From: Nemertoderma westbladi
Lineage: Eukaryota; Animalia; Xenacoelomorpha
Assembly: GCA_032718475.1 (NCBI GenBank)
Contig: JAUCBJ010002874.1
Location: forward strand, 42,558 to 106,557
Direction of reading: 5' to 3'
DNA length: 64,000 nt
The number at the start of each line of letters is the position of its first letter. The stretch's first letter is position 1. Under the pieces are notes generated by a model that saw nothing but the letters and a program-made list of their open reading frames with translations, was not told the origin of the DNA and made no database searches. Positions 1-13,800 of the stretch are shown piece after piece. The translations under genes were made by a program, and so were the position numbers.

Positions 1-3000
1 ACGTAGAGGCATTCATAGTAAATGTATGGAGTAGGTAAAGAACGTAGAGGCATTCATAGTAAATGTATGGAGTAGGGAAAGAACGTAGAGGCATTCATAG
101 TAAATGTATGAAGGAGGGAATGAAGAACGTAGAGGCATTCATAGTAAATGTATGGAGTAGGGAAAGAACGTAGAGGCATTCATAGTAAATGTATGGAGTA
201 GGGAAAGAACGTAGAGGCATTCATAGTAAATGTATGGAGTAGGTAAAGAACGTAGAGGCATTCATAGTAAATGTATGGAGTAGGTAAAGAACGTAGAGGC
301 ATTCATAGTAAATGTATGAAGGAGGGAATGAAGAACGTAGAGGCATTCATAGTAAATGTATGGAGTAGGTAAAGAACGTAGAGGCATTCATAGTAAATGT
401 ATGGAGTAGGTAAAGAACGTAGAGGCATTCATAGTAAATGTATGGAGTAGGGAATGAAGAACGTAGAGGCATTCATAGTAAATGTATGGAGGAGGGAAAG
501 AACGTAGAGGCATTCATAGTAAATGTATGGAGGAGGGAAAGAACGTAGAGGCATTCATAGTAAATGAGTAGGGAGAGAACGTAGAGGCATTCATAGTAAA
601 TGTATGAAGTAGGGAAAGAAGATCGTAGAGGCATTCATAGTAAATGTATGGAGTAGGGAAAGAACGTAGAGGCATTCATAGTAAATGTATGGAGTAGAGA
701 AAGAACGTAGAGGCATTCATAGTAAATGAGGAGGGAAAGAACGTAGAGGCATTCATAGTAAATGTATGGAGTAGAGAAAGAACGTAGAGGCATTCATAGT
801 AAATGAGGAGGGAAAGAACGTAGAGGCATTCATAGTAAATGTATGGAGTAGGTAAAGAACGTAGAGGCATTCATAGTAAATGTATGGAGTAGGGAAAGAA
901 CGTAGAGGCATTCATAGTAAATGTATGAAGGAGGGAATGAAGAACGTAGAGGCATTCATAGTAAATGTATGAAGGAGGGAATGAAGAACGTAGAGGCATT
1001 CATAGTAAATGTATGGAGTAGGGAATGAACGTAGAGGCATTCATAGTAAATGTATGGAGTAGGGAAAGAACGTAGAGGCATTCATAGTAAATGTATGAAG
1101 GAGGGAATGAAGAACGTAGAGGCATTCATAGTAAATGTATGGAGGAGGGAAAGAACGTAGAGGCATTCATAGTAAATGAGTAGGGAGAGAACGTAGAGGC
1201 ATTCATAGTAAATGTATGAAGTAGGGAAAGAAGATCGTAGAGGCATTCATAGTAAATGTATGGAGTAGGGAAAGAACGTAGAGGCATTCATAGTAAATGT
1301 ATGGAGTAGAGAAAAAACGTAGAGGCATTCATAGTAAATGAGGAGGGAAAGAACGTAGAGGCATTCATAGTAAATGTATGGAGTAGAGAAAGAACGTAGA
1401 GGCATTCATAGTAAATGAGGAGGGAAAGAACGTAGAGGCATTCATAGTAAATGTATGGAGTAGGTAAAGAACGTAGAGGCATTCATAGTAAATGTATGGA
1501 GTAGGGAAAGAACGTAGAGGCATTCATAGTAAATGTATGAAGGAGGGAATGAAGAACGTAGAGGCATTCATAGTAAATGTATGAAGGAGGGAATGAAGAA
1601 CGTAGAGGCATTCATAGTAAATGTATGGAGTAGGGAATGAACGTAGAGGCATTCATAGTAAATGTATGGAGTAGGGAAAGAACGTAGAGGCATTCATAGT
1701 AAATGTATGAAGGAGGGAATGAAGAACGTAGAGGCATTCATAGTAAATGTATGAAGGAGGGAATGAAGAACGTAGAGGCATTCATAGTAAATGTATGGAG
1801 TAGGGAAAGAACGTAGAGGCATTCATAGTAAATGTATGGAGGAGGGAAAGAACGTAGAGGCATTCATAGTAAATGTATGAAGGAGGGAATGAAGATCGTA
1901 GAGGCATTCATAGTAAATGTATGGAGTAGGGAAAGAACGTAGAGGCATTCATAGTAAATGTATGAAGGAGGGAATGAAGAACGTAGAGGCATTCATAGTA
2001 AATGTATGGAGTAGGGAAAGAACGTAGAGGCATTCATAGTAAATGTATGGAGTAGGGAAAGAACGTAGAGGCATTCATAGTAAATGTATGAAGGAGGGAA
2101 TGAAGAACGTAGAGGCATTCATAGTAAATGTATGAAGGAGGGAATGAAGATCGTAGAGGCATTCATAGTAAATGTATGGAGTAGGGAAAGAACGTAGAGG
2201 CATTCATAGTAAATGTATGAAGGAGGGAATGAAGAACGTAGAGGCATTCATAGTAAATGTATGAAGGAGGGAATGAAGAACGTAGAGGCATTCATAGTAA
2301 ATGTATGGAGTAGGGAAAGAACGTAGAGGCATTCATAGTAAATGTATGAAGGAGGGAATGAAGAACGTAGAGGCATTCATAGTAAATGTATGAAGGAGGG
2401 AAAGAACGTAGAGGCATTCATAGTAAATGTATGGAGTAGGGAAAGATCGTAGAGGCATTCATAGTAAATGTATGAAGGAGGGAAAGAACGTAGAGGCATT
2501 CATAGTAAATGTATGGAGTAGGGAAAGAACGTAGAGGCATTCATAGTAAATGTATGGAGGAGGGAAAGAACGTAGAGGCATTCATAGTAAATGTATGGAG
2601 TAGGGAAAGAACGTAGAGGCATTCATAGTAAATGTATGGAGTAGGGAAAGAACGTAGAGGCATTCATAGTAAATGTATGAAGGAGGGAAAGAACGTAGAG
2701 GCATTCATAGTAAATGTATGAAGGAGGGAAAGAACGTAGAGGCATTCATAGTAAATGTATGGAGTAGAGAAAGAACGTAGAGGCATTCATAGTAAATGAG
2801 GAGGGAAAGAACGTAGAGGCATTCATAGTAAATGTATGGAGTAGGTAAAGAACGTAGAGGCATTCATAGTAAATGTATGGAGTAGGGAAAGAACGTAGAG
2901 GCATTCATAGTAAATGTATGAAGGAGGGAATGAAGATCGTAGAGGCATTCATAGTAAATGTATGGAGTAGGGAATGAAGAACGTAGAGGCATTCATAGTA

Positions 3001-4830
3001 AATGTATGGAGTAGGGAAAGAACGTAGAGGCATTCATAGTAAATGTATGGAGTAGGGAAAGAACGTAGAGGCATTCATAGTAAATGTATGGAGTAGGGAA
3101 AGAACGTAGAGGCATTCATAGTAAATGTATGAAGGAGGGAATGAAGAACGTAGAGGCATTCATAGTAAATGTATGGAGTAGAGAAAGAACGTAGAGGCAT
3201 TCATAGTAAATGAGGAGGGAAAGAACGTAGAGGCATTCATAGTAAATGTATGGAGTAGGGAAAGAACGTAGAGGCATTCATAGTAAATGTATGGAGTAGG
3301 GAAAGAACGTAGAGGCATTCATAGTAAATGTATGGAGTAGGGAATGAAGAACGTAGAGGCATTCATAGTAAATGTATGGAGTAGGGAAAGAACGTAGAGG
3401 CATTCATAGTAAATGTATGGAGTAGGGAAAGAACGTAGAGGCATTCATAGTAAATGTATGGAGTAGGGAAAGAACGTAGAGGCATTCATAGTAAATGTAT
3501 GAAGGAGGGAATGAAGAACGTAGAGGCATTCATAGTAAATGTATGGAGTAGAGAAAGAACGTAGAGGCATTCATAGTAAATGAGGAGGGAAAGAACGTAG
3601 AGGCATTCATAGTAAATGTATGGAGTAGGGAAAGAACGTAGAGGCATTCATAGTAAATGTATGGAGTAGGGAAAGAACGTAGAGGCATTCATAGTAAATG
3701 TATGAAGGAGGGAAAGAACGTAGAGGCATTCATAGTAAATGTATGAAGGAGGGAAAGAACGTAGAGGCATTCATAGTAAATGTATGGAGTAGGGAAAGAT
3801 CGTAGAGGCATTCATAGTAAATGTATGGAGTAGAGAAAGAACGTAGAGGCATTCATAGTAAATGAGGAGGGAAAGAACGTAGAGGCATTCATAGTAAATG
3901 TATGGAGTAGGTAAAGAACGTAGAGGCATTCATAGTAAATGTATGGAGTAGGGAAAGAACGTAGAGGCATTCATAGTAAATGTATGAAGGAGGGAATGAA
4001 GATCGTAGAGGCATTCATAGTAAATGTATGGAGTAGGGAATGAAGAACGTAGAGGCATTCATAGTAAATGTATGGAGTAGGGAAAGAACGTAGAGGCATT
4101 CATAGTAAATGTATGGAGTAGGGAAAGAACGTAGAGGCATTCATAGTAAATGTATGGAGTAGGGAAAGAACGTAGAGGCATTCATAGTAAATGTATGGAG
4201 TAGGGAAAGAACGTAGAGGCATTCATAGTAAATGTATGAAGGAGGGAATGAAGAACGTAGAGGCATTCATAGTAAATGTATGGAGTAGAGAAAGAACGTA
4301 GAGGCATTCATAGTAAATGAGGAGGGAAAGAACGTAGAGGCATTCATAGTAAATGTATGGAGTAGGGAAAGAAGAACGTAGAGGCATTCATAGTAAATGA
4401 GTAGGGAGAGAACGTAGAGGCATTCATAGTAAATGTATGGAGTAGAGAAAGAACGTAGAGGCATTCATAGTAAATGTATGGAGTAGGGAAAGAACGTAGA
4501 GGCATTCATAGTAAATGTATGGAGTAGGGAAAGAACGTAGAGGCATTCATAGTAAATGTATGGAGGAGGGAAAGAACGTAGAGGCATTCATAGTAAATGT
4601 ATGAAGGAGGGAATGAAGAACGTAGAGGCATTCATAGTAAATGTATGGAGTAGGGAAAGAACGTAGAGGCATTCATAGTAAATGTATGGAGTAGGGAAAG
4701 AACGTAGAGGCATTCATAGTAAATGTATGAAGGAGGGAATGAAGAACGTAGAGGCATTCATAGTAAATGTATGGAGTAGGGAAAGAACGTAGAGGCATTC
4801 ATAGTAAATGTATGGAGTAGGGAAAGAACG
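1..4830. repeat. Sub-domain A: 41-mers mixed with 44-bp TATGAAGGAGGGAATGAAGA monomers; GGTAAAG and AGAGAAAG markers
   Basis: AGGTAAAG tails at about 33, 241, 282, 367, 408, 850, 1462, 2843 and 3909, not noticed later. Boundary approximate. Confidence 0.85.
502..1725. repeat. Tandem duplication of a 15-monomer, 612-bp higher-order unit
   Basis: Markers recur at +612: TATGAAGTAGGGAAAGAAGATCG 603/1215, GGGAATGAAC 1021/1633; ORFs 676..870 and 1288..1482 are identical. The 15 monomer lengths sum to 612. One SNP (GAAAAAACG at 1311). Confidence 0.9.
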
Positions 4831-7800
4831 TAGAGGCATTCATAGTAAATGAGGAGGGAGAGAACGTAGAGGCATTCATAGTAAATGTATGGAGTAGGGA
4901 AAGATGTATGGAGTAGGGAAAGAACGTAGAGGCATTCATAGTAAATGAGTAGGGAGAGAACGTAGAGGCATTCATAGTAAATGAGTAGGGAAAGAACGTA
5001 GAGGCATTCATAGTAAATGAGTAGGGAGAGAACGTAGAGGCATTCATAGTAAATGTATGGAGTAGGGAGAGAACGTAGAGGCATTCATAGTAAATGAGAA
5101 GGGAAAGAACGTAGAGGCATTCATAGTAAATGAGTAGGGAGAGAACGTAGAGGCATTCATAGTAAATGAGGAGGGAGAGAACGTAGAGGCATTCATAGTA
5201 AATGAGAAGGGAAAGAACGTAGAGGCATTCATAGTAAATGAGTAGGGAGAGAACGTAGAGGCATTCATAGTAAATGAGGAGGGAGAGAACGTAGAGGCAT
5301 TCATAGTAAATGAGGAGGGAGAGAACGTAGAGGCATTCATAGTAAATGAGAAGGGAAAGAACGTAGAGGCATTCATAGTAAATGAGTAGGGAGAGAACGT
5401 AGAGGCATTCATAGTAAATGAGGAGGGAGAGAACGTAGAGGCATTCATAGTAAATGTATGGAGTAGGGAAAGATCGTAGAGGCATTCATAGTAAATGTAT
5501 GGAGTAGGGAAAGATCGTAGAGGCATTCATAGTAAATGTATGGAGTAGGGAGAGAACGTAGAGGCATTCATAGTAAATGTATGGAGTAGGGAAAGAACGT
5601 AGAGGCATTCATAGTAAATGAGAAGGGAGAGAACGTAGAGGCATTCATAGTAAATGAGGAGGGAGAGAACGTAGAGGCATTCATAGTAAATGTATGGAGT
5701 AGGGAAAGAACGTAGAGGCATTCATAGTAAATGAGTAGGGAGAGAACGTAGAGGCATTCATAGTAAATGAGTAGGGAGAGAACGTAGAGGCATTCATAGT
5801 AAATGAGGAGGGAGAGAACGTAGAGGCATTCATAGTAAATGAGTAGGGAGAGAACGTAGAGGCATTCATAGTAAATGAGTAGGGAGAGAACGTAGAGGCA
5901 TTCATAGTAAATGTATGGAGTAGGGAGAGAACGTAGAGGCATTCATAGTAAATGTATGGAGGAGGGACGGAACGTAGAGGCATTCATAGTAAATGAGTAG
6001 GGAGAGAACGTAGAGGCATTCATAGTAAATGAGTAGGGAGAGAACGTAGAGGCATTCATAGTAAATGTATGGAGTAGGGAGAGAACGTAGAGGCATTCAT
6101 AGTAAATGTATGGAGGAGGGACGGAACGTAGAGGCATTCATAGTAAATGAGGAGGGAGAGAACGTAGAGGCATTCATAGTAAATGAGTAGGGAAAGAACG
6201 TAGAGGCATTCATAGTAAATGAGTAGGGAAAGAACGTAGAGGCATTCATAGTAAATGAGGAGGGAGAGAACGTAGAGGCATTCATAGTAAATGAGTAGGG
6301 AAAGAACGTAGAGGCATTCATAGTAAATGTATGGAGGAGGGAATGAAGAACGTAGAGGCATTCATAGTAAATGTATGGAGGAGGGAATGAAGAACGTAGA
6401 GGCATTCATAGTAAATGTGTGGAGTAGGGAAAGAACGTAGAGGCATTCATAGTAAATGTATGGAGTAGGGAAAGAACGTAGAGGCATTCATAGTAAATGT
6501 ATGGAGTAGGGAAAGAACGTAGAGGCATTCATAGTAAATGTATGGAGTAGGGAAAGAACGTAGAGGCATTCATAGTAAATGTATGGAGTAGGGAAAGAAC
6601 GTAGAGGCATTCATAGTAAATGTATGGAGTAGGGAAAGAACGTAGAGGCATTCATAGTAAATGTATGGAGTAGGGAAAGAACGTAGAGGCATTCATAGTA
6701 AATGTATGAAGGAGGGAATGAAGAACGTAGAGGCATTCATAGTAAATGTATGGAGGAGGGAATGAAGAACGTAGAGGCATTCATAGTAAATGTGTGGAGT
6801 AGGGAAAGAACGTAGAGGCATTCATAGTAAATGTATGAAGGAGGGAATGAAGAACGTAGAGGCATTCATAGTAAATGTATGGAGGAGGGAATGAAGAACG
6901 TAGAGGCATTCATAGTAAATGAGTAGGGAAAGAACGTAGAGGCATTCATAGTAAATGAGGAGGGAGAGAACGTAGAGGCATTCATAGTAAATGAGAAGGG
7001 AGAGAACGTAGAGGCATTCATAGTAAATGAGGAGGGAAAGAACGTAGAGGCATTCATAGTAAATGTATGGAGTAGGGAGAGAACGTAGAGGCATTCATAG
7101 TAAATGTATGGAGTAGGGAAAGAACGTAGAGGCATTCATAGTAAATGTATGGAGGAGGGAAAGAACGTAGAGGCATTCATAGTAAATGAGGAGGGAGAGA
7201 ACGTAGAGGCATTCATAGTAAATGAGTAGGGAGAGAACGTAGAGGCATTCATAGTAAATGAGGAGGGAGAGAACGTAGAGGCATTCATAGTAAATGAGTA
7301 GGGAAAGAACGTAGAGGCATTCATAGTAAATGAGGAGGGAAAGAACGTAGAGGCATTCATAGTAAATGAGGAGGGAAAGAGCGTAGAGGCATTCATAGTA
7401 AATGTATGGAGTAGGGAAAGAACGTAGAGGCATTCATAGTAAATGTATGGAGGAGGGAATGAAGAACGTAGAGGCATTCATAGTAAATGTATGGAGTAGG
7501 GAAAGAACGTAGAGGCATTCATAGTAAATGTATGGAGTAGGGAAAGAACGTAGAGGCATTCATAGTAAATGAGTAGGGAGAGAACGTAGAGGCATTCATA
7601 GTAAATGTATGGAGGAGGGAATGAAGAACGTAGAGGCATTCATAGTAAATGTATGGAGGAGGGAAAGAACGTAGAGGCATTCATAGTAAATGTATGGAGT
7701 AGGGAAAGAACGTAGAGGCATTCATAGTAAATGAGTAGGGAGAGAACGTAGAGGCATTCATAGTAAATGAGGAGGGAGAGAACGTAGAGGCATTCATAGT

Positions 7801-8500
7801 AAATGAGTAGGGAAAGAACGTAGAGGCATTCATAGTAAATGAGGAGGGAGAGAACGTAGAGGCATTCATAGTAAATGAGAGGGGAGAGAACGTAGAGGCA
7901 TTCATAGTAAATGAGTAGGGAGAGAACGTAGAGGCATTCATAGTAAATGAGAAGGGAGAGAACGTAGAGGCATTCATAGTAAATGAGGAGGGAAAGAGCG
8001 TAGAGGCATTCATAGTAAATGTATGGAGTAGGGAAAGAACGTAGAGGCATTCATAGTAAATGTATGGAGTAGGGAAAGAACGTAGAGGCATTCATAGTAA
8101 ATGAGTAGGGAGAGAACGTAGAGGCATTCATAGTAAATGAGTAGGGAGAGAACGTAGAGGCATTCATAGTAAATGAGTAGGGAAAGAACGTAGAGGCATT
8201 CATAGTAAATGAGGAGGGAGAGAACGTAGAGGCATTCATAGTAAATGAGAAGGGAGAGAACGTAGAGGCATTCATAGTAAATGAGGAGGGAGAGAACGTA
8301 GAGGCATTCATAGTAAATGTATGGAGTAGGGAAAGAACGTAGAGGCATTCATAGTAAATGTATGGAGTAGGGAAAGAACGTAGAGGCATTCATAGTAAAT
8401 GAGTAGGGAGAGAACGTAGAGGCATTCATAGTAAATGAGGAGGGAGAGAACGTAGAGGCATTCATAGTAAATGAGTAGGGAAAGAACGTAGAGGCATTCA
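4830..8500. repeat. Sub-domain B: runs of 36-bp monomers (TATGG absent) with GAGTAGGG/GAGGAGGG/GAGAAGGG tails
   Basis: Consecutive AAATGAG... monomers at 5070-5440, 5700-5890, 6125-6305, 7165-7380, 7710-8000 and 8080-8300. Confidence 0.85.
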
Positions 8501-8549
8501 TAGTAAATGTATGGAGTAGGGAAAGATCGTAGAGGCATTCATAGTAAAT

Positions 8550-10790
8550 GTATGGAGTAGGGAAAGAACTTAGAGGCATTCATAGTAAATGTATGGAGTA
8601 GGGAAAGAACGTAGAGGCATTCATAGTAAATGTATGGAGTAGGGAAAGAACGTAGAGGCATTCATAGTAAATGTATGGAGGAGGGAAAGAACTTAGAGGC
8701 ATTCATAGTAAATGTATGGAGTAGGGAAAGAACGTAGAGGCATTCATAGTAAATGTATGGAGTAGGGAAAGAACGTAGAGGCATTCATAGTAAATGTATG
8801 GAGTAGGGAAAGAACGTAGAGGCATTCATAGTAAATGTATGGAGTAGGGAAAGAACGTAGAGGCATTCATAGTAAATGTATGGAGGAGGGAAAGAACTTA
8901 GAGGCATTCATAGTAAATGTATGGAGTAGGGAAAGAACGTAGAGGCATTCATAGTAAATGTATGGAGTAGGGAAAGAACGTAGAGGCATTCATAGTAAAT
9001 GAGTAGGGGGAGAACGTAGAGGCATTCATAGTAAATGAGGAGGGAAAGAACGTAGAGGCATTCATAGTAAATGTATGGAGTAGGGAAAGAACGTAGAGGC
9101 ATTCATAGTAAATGTATGGAGTAAGGAAAGAACGTAGAGGCATTCATAGTAAATGTATGGAGTAGGGAAAGAACGTAGAGGCATTCATAGTAAATGAGGA
9201 GGGAGAGAACGTAGAGGCATTCATAGTAAATGAGTAGGGAAAGAACGTAGAGGCATTCATAGTAAATGTATGGAGTAGGGAAAGATTGTAGAGGCATTCA
9301 TAGTAAATGTATGGAGTAGGGAAAGAACTTAGAGGCATTCATAGTAAATGTATGGAGTAGGGAAAGAACGTAGAGGCATTCATAGTAAATGTATGGAGTA
9401 GGGACGGAACGTAGAGGCATTCATAGTAAATGTATGGAGTAGGGAAAGAACGTAGAGGCATTCATAGTAAATGTATGGAGGAGGGAAAGAACTTAGAGGC
9501 ATTCATAGTAAATGTATGGAGTAGGGAAAGAACGTAGAGGCATTCATAGTAAATGTATGGAGTAGGGAAAGAACGTAGAGGCATTCATAGTAAATGAGTA
9601 GGGGGAGAACGTAGAGGCATTCATAGTAAATGAGGAGGGAAAGAACGTAGAGGCATTCATAGTAAATGTATGGAGTAGGGAAAGAACGTAGAGGCATTCA
9701 TAGTAAATGTATGGAGGAGGGAATGAAGAACGTAGAGGCATTCATAGTAAATGTATGGAGGAGGGAATGAAGAACGTAGAGGCATTCATAGTAAATGTAT
9801 GGAGTAGGGAAAGAACGTAGAGGCATTCATAGTAAATGTATGGAGGAGGGAAAGAACTTAGAGGCATTCATAGTAAATGTATGGAGTAGGGAAAGAACGT
9901 AGAGGCATTCATAGTAAATGTATGGAGTAGGGAAAGAACGTAGAGGCATTCATAGTAAATGAGTAGGGGGAGAACGTAGAGGCATTCATAGTAAATGAGG
10001 AGGGAAAGAACGTAGAGGCATTCATAGTAAATGTATGGAGTAGGGAAAGAACGTAGAGGCATTCATAGTAAATGTATGGAGTAGGGAAAGAACGTAGAGG
10101 CATTCATAGTAAATGTATGGAGTAGGGAAAGAACGTAGAGGCATTCATAGTAAATGTATGGAGGAGGGAAAGAACTTAGAGGCATTCATAGTAAATGTAT
10201 GGAGTAGGGAAAGAACGTAGAGGCATTCATAGTAAATGTATGGAGTAGGGAAAGAACGTAGAGGCATTCATAGTAAATGAGTAGGGGGAGAACGTAGAGG
10301 CATTCATAGTAAATGAGGAGGGAAAGAACGTAGAGGCATTCATAGTAAATGTATGGAGTAGGGAAAGAACGTAGAGGCATTCATAGTAAATGTATGGAGT
10401 AAGGAAAGAACGTAGAGGCATTCATAGTAAATGTATGGAGTAGGGAAAGAACGTAGAGGCATTCATAGTAAATGAGGAGGGAGAGAACGTAGAGGCATTC
10501 ATAGTAAATGAGTAGGGAAAGAACGTAGAGGCATTCATAGTAAATGTATGGAGTAGGGAAAGATTGTAGAGGCATTCATAGTAAATGTATGGAGTAGGGA
10601 AAGAACTTAGAGGCATTCATAGTAAATGTATGGAGTAGGGAAAGAACGTAGAGGCATTCATAGTAAATGTATGGAGTAGGGAAAGAACGTAGAGGCATTC
10701 ATAGTAAATGTATGGAGTAGGGAAAGAACGTAGAGGCATTCATAGTAAATGTATGGAGGAGGGAAAGAACTTAGAGGCATTCATAGTAAA
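8550..10790. repeat. Sub-domain C: GAACTTAGAGG-marked block with an internal duplication at +1278 bp
   Basis: ACTTAG variant about 9 times between 8570 and 10772 and not noticed elsewhere. GTAAGG (9121/10399) and GATTGTAG (9284/10562) recur at +1278. Confidence 0.88.
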
Positions 10791-10859
10791 TGTATGGAGT
10801 AGGGAAAGAACGTAGAGGCATTCATAGTAAATGTATGGAGTAGGGAAAGAACGTAGAGG

Positions 10860-13800
10860 CATTCATAGTAAATGAGGAGGGAAAGAACGTAGAGGCATTC
10901 ATAGTAAATGAGGAGGGAAAGAACGTAGAGGCATTCATAGTAAATGTATGGAGTAGGGAAAGAACGTAGAGGCATTCATAGTAAATGTATGGAGTAGGGA
11001 AAGAACGTAGAGGCATTCATAGTAAATGTATGGAGTAGGGAAAGAACGTAGAGGCATTCATAGTAAATGAGTAGGGAGAGAACGTAGAGGCATTCATAGT
11101 AAATGTATGGAGTAGGGAAAGAACGTAGAGGCATTCATAGTAAATGTATGGAGGAGGGAAAGAACGTAGAGGCATTCATAGTAAATGTATGGAGTAGGGA
11201 AAGAACGTAGAGGCATTCATAGTAAATGTATGGAGTAGGGAAAGAACGTAGAGGCATTCATAGTAAATGTATGGAGTAGGGAAAGAACGTAGAGGCATTC
11301 ATAGTAAATGTATGGAGTAGGGAAAGAACGTAGAGGCATTCATAGTAAATGAGTAGGGAGAGAACGTAGAGGCATTCATAGTAAATGAGGAGGGAGAGAA
11401 CGTAGAGGCATTCATAGTAAATGTATGGAGTAGGGAGAGAACGTAGAGGCATTCATAGTAAATGTATGGAGGAGGGAAAGAACGTAGAGGCATTCATAGT
11501 AAATGAGTAGGGGGAGAACGTAGAGGCATTCATAGTAAATGTATGGAGTAGGGAGAGAACGTAGAGGCATTCATAGTAAATGTATGGAGTAGGGAGAGAA
11601 CGTAGAGGCATTCATAGTAAATGTATGGAGGAGGGAAAGAACGTAGAGGCATTCATAGTAAATGAGTAGGGGGAGAACGTAGAGGCATTCATAGTAAATG
11701 TATGGAGTAGGGAGAGAACGTAGAGGCATTCATAGTAAATGTATGGAGTAGAGAAAGAACGTAGAGGCATTCATAGTAAATGTATGGAGGAGGGAAAGAT
11801 CGTAGAGGCATTCATAGTAAATGTATGGAGTAGGGAGAGAACGTAGAGGCATTCATAGTAAATGTATGGAGGAGGGAAAGAACGTAGAGGCATTCATAGT
11901 AAATGAGTAGGGGGAGAACGTAGAGGCATTCATAGTAAATGTATGGAGGAGGGAGAGAACGTAGAGGCATTCATAGTAAATGTATGGAGTAGGGAGAGAT
12001 CGTAGAGGCATTCATAGTAAATGTATGGAGGAGGGAAAGATCGTAGAGGCATTCATAGTAAATGTATGGAGTAGGGAGAGAACGTAGAGGCATTCATAGT
12101 AAATGTATGGAGGAGGGAAAGAACGTAGAGGCATTCATAGTAAATGAGTAGGGGGAGAACGTAGAGGCATTCATAGTAAATGTATGGAGGAGGGAGAGAA
12201 CGTAGAGGCATTCATAGTAAATGTATGGAGTAGGGAGAGATCGTAGAGGCATTCATAGTAAATGTATGGAGGAGGGAGAGAACGTAGAGGCATTCATAGT
12301 AAATGTATGGAGTAGGGAAAGAACGTAGAGGCATTCATAGTAAATGAGGAGGGAGAGAACGTAGAGGCATTCATAGTAAATGTATGGAGTAGGGAGAGAT
12401 CGTAGAGGCATTCATAGTAAATGTATGGAGTAGGGAAAGAACGTAGAGGCATTCATAGTAAATGTATGGAGTAGGGAAAGAACGTAGAGGCATTCATAGT
12501 AAATGAGGAGGGAGAGAACGTAGAGGCATTCATAGTAAATGTATGGAGTAGGGAAAGATCGTAGAGGCATTCATAGTAAATGTATGGAGTAGGGAAAGAA
12601 CGTAGAGGCATTCATAGTAAATGAGGAGGGAGAGAACGTAGAGGCATTCATAGTAAATGTATGGAGGAGGGAGAGAACGTAGAGGCATTCATAGTAAATG
12701 TATGGAGGAGGGAGAGAACGTAGAGGCATTCATAGTAAATGTATGGAGTAGGGAAAGAACGTAGAGGCATTCATAGTAAATGAGGAGGGAGAGAACGTAG
12801 AGGCATTCATAGTAAATGTATGGAGTAGGGAGAGATCGTAGAGGCATTCATAGTAAATGTATGGAGTAGGGAAAGAACGTAGAGGCATTCATAGTAAATG
12901 TATGGAGTAGGGAAAGAACGTAGAGGCATTCATAGTAAATGAGGAGGGAGAGAACGTAGAGGCATTCATAGTAAATGTATGGAGTAGGGAAAGATCGTAG
13001 AGGCATTCATAGTAAATGTATGGAGTAGGGAAAGAACGTAGAGGCATTCATAGTAAATGTATGGAGTAGGGAAAGATCGTAGAGGCATTCATAGTAAATG
13101 TATGGAGTAGGGAAAGAACGTAGAGGCATTCATAGTAAATGTATGGAGTAGGGAAAGAACGTAGAGGCATTCATAGTAAATGTATGGAGTAGGGAAAGAA
13201 CGTAGAGGCATTCATAGTAAATGTATGGAGTAGGGAAAGAACGTAGAGGCATTCATAGTAAATGTATGGAGGAGGGAAAGATCGTAGAGGCATTCATAGT
13301 AAATGTATGGAGTAGGGAAAGAACGTAGAGGCATTCATAGTAAATGTATGGAGGAGGGAAAGAACGTAGAGGCATTCATAGTAAATGTATGGAGGAGGGA
13401 AAGAACGTAGAGGCATTCATAGTAAATGTATGGAGGAGGGAAAGAACGTAGAGGCATTCATAGTAAATGTATGGAGTAGGGAAAGAACGTAGAGGCATTC
13501 ATAGTAAATGAGTAGGGAAAGAACGTAGAGGCATTCATAGTAAATGTATGGAGTAGGGAAAGAACGTAGAGGCATTCATAGTAAATGTATGGAGTAGGGA
13601 AAGAACGTAGAGGCATTCATAGTAAATGAGTAGGGGGAGAACGTAGAGGCATTCATAGTAAATGTATGGAGGAGGGAGAGAACGTAGAGGCATTCATAGT
13701 AAATGTATGGAGGAGGGAGAGAACGTAGAGGCATTCATAGTAAATGTATGGAGGAGGGAGAGAACGTAGAGGCATTCATAGTAAATGTATGGAGTAGGGA

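Noticed and set aside
108-125. Shine-Dalgarno-like AAGGAGG before ATG in 44-bp monomers
   Set aside because: The ATG is only about 2 nt downstream, the frame stops within a few codons (ATG AAG AAC GTA GAG GCA TTC ATA GTA AAT GTA TGG AGT ... short), and the motif is expected in a GA-rich tail.
489-502. Polypurine tract resembling an LTR-retroelement PPT
   Set aside because: No LTR, primer-binding site, coding remnant or target-site duplication anywhere in the window.
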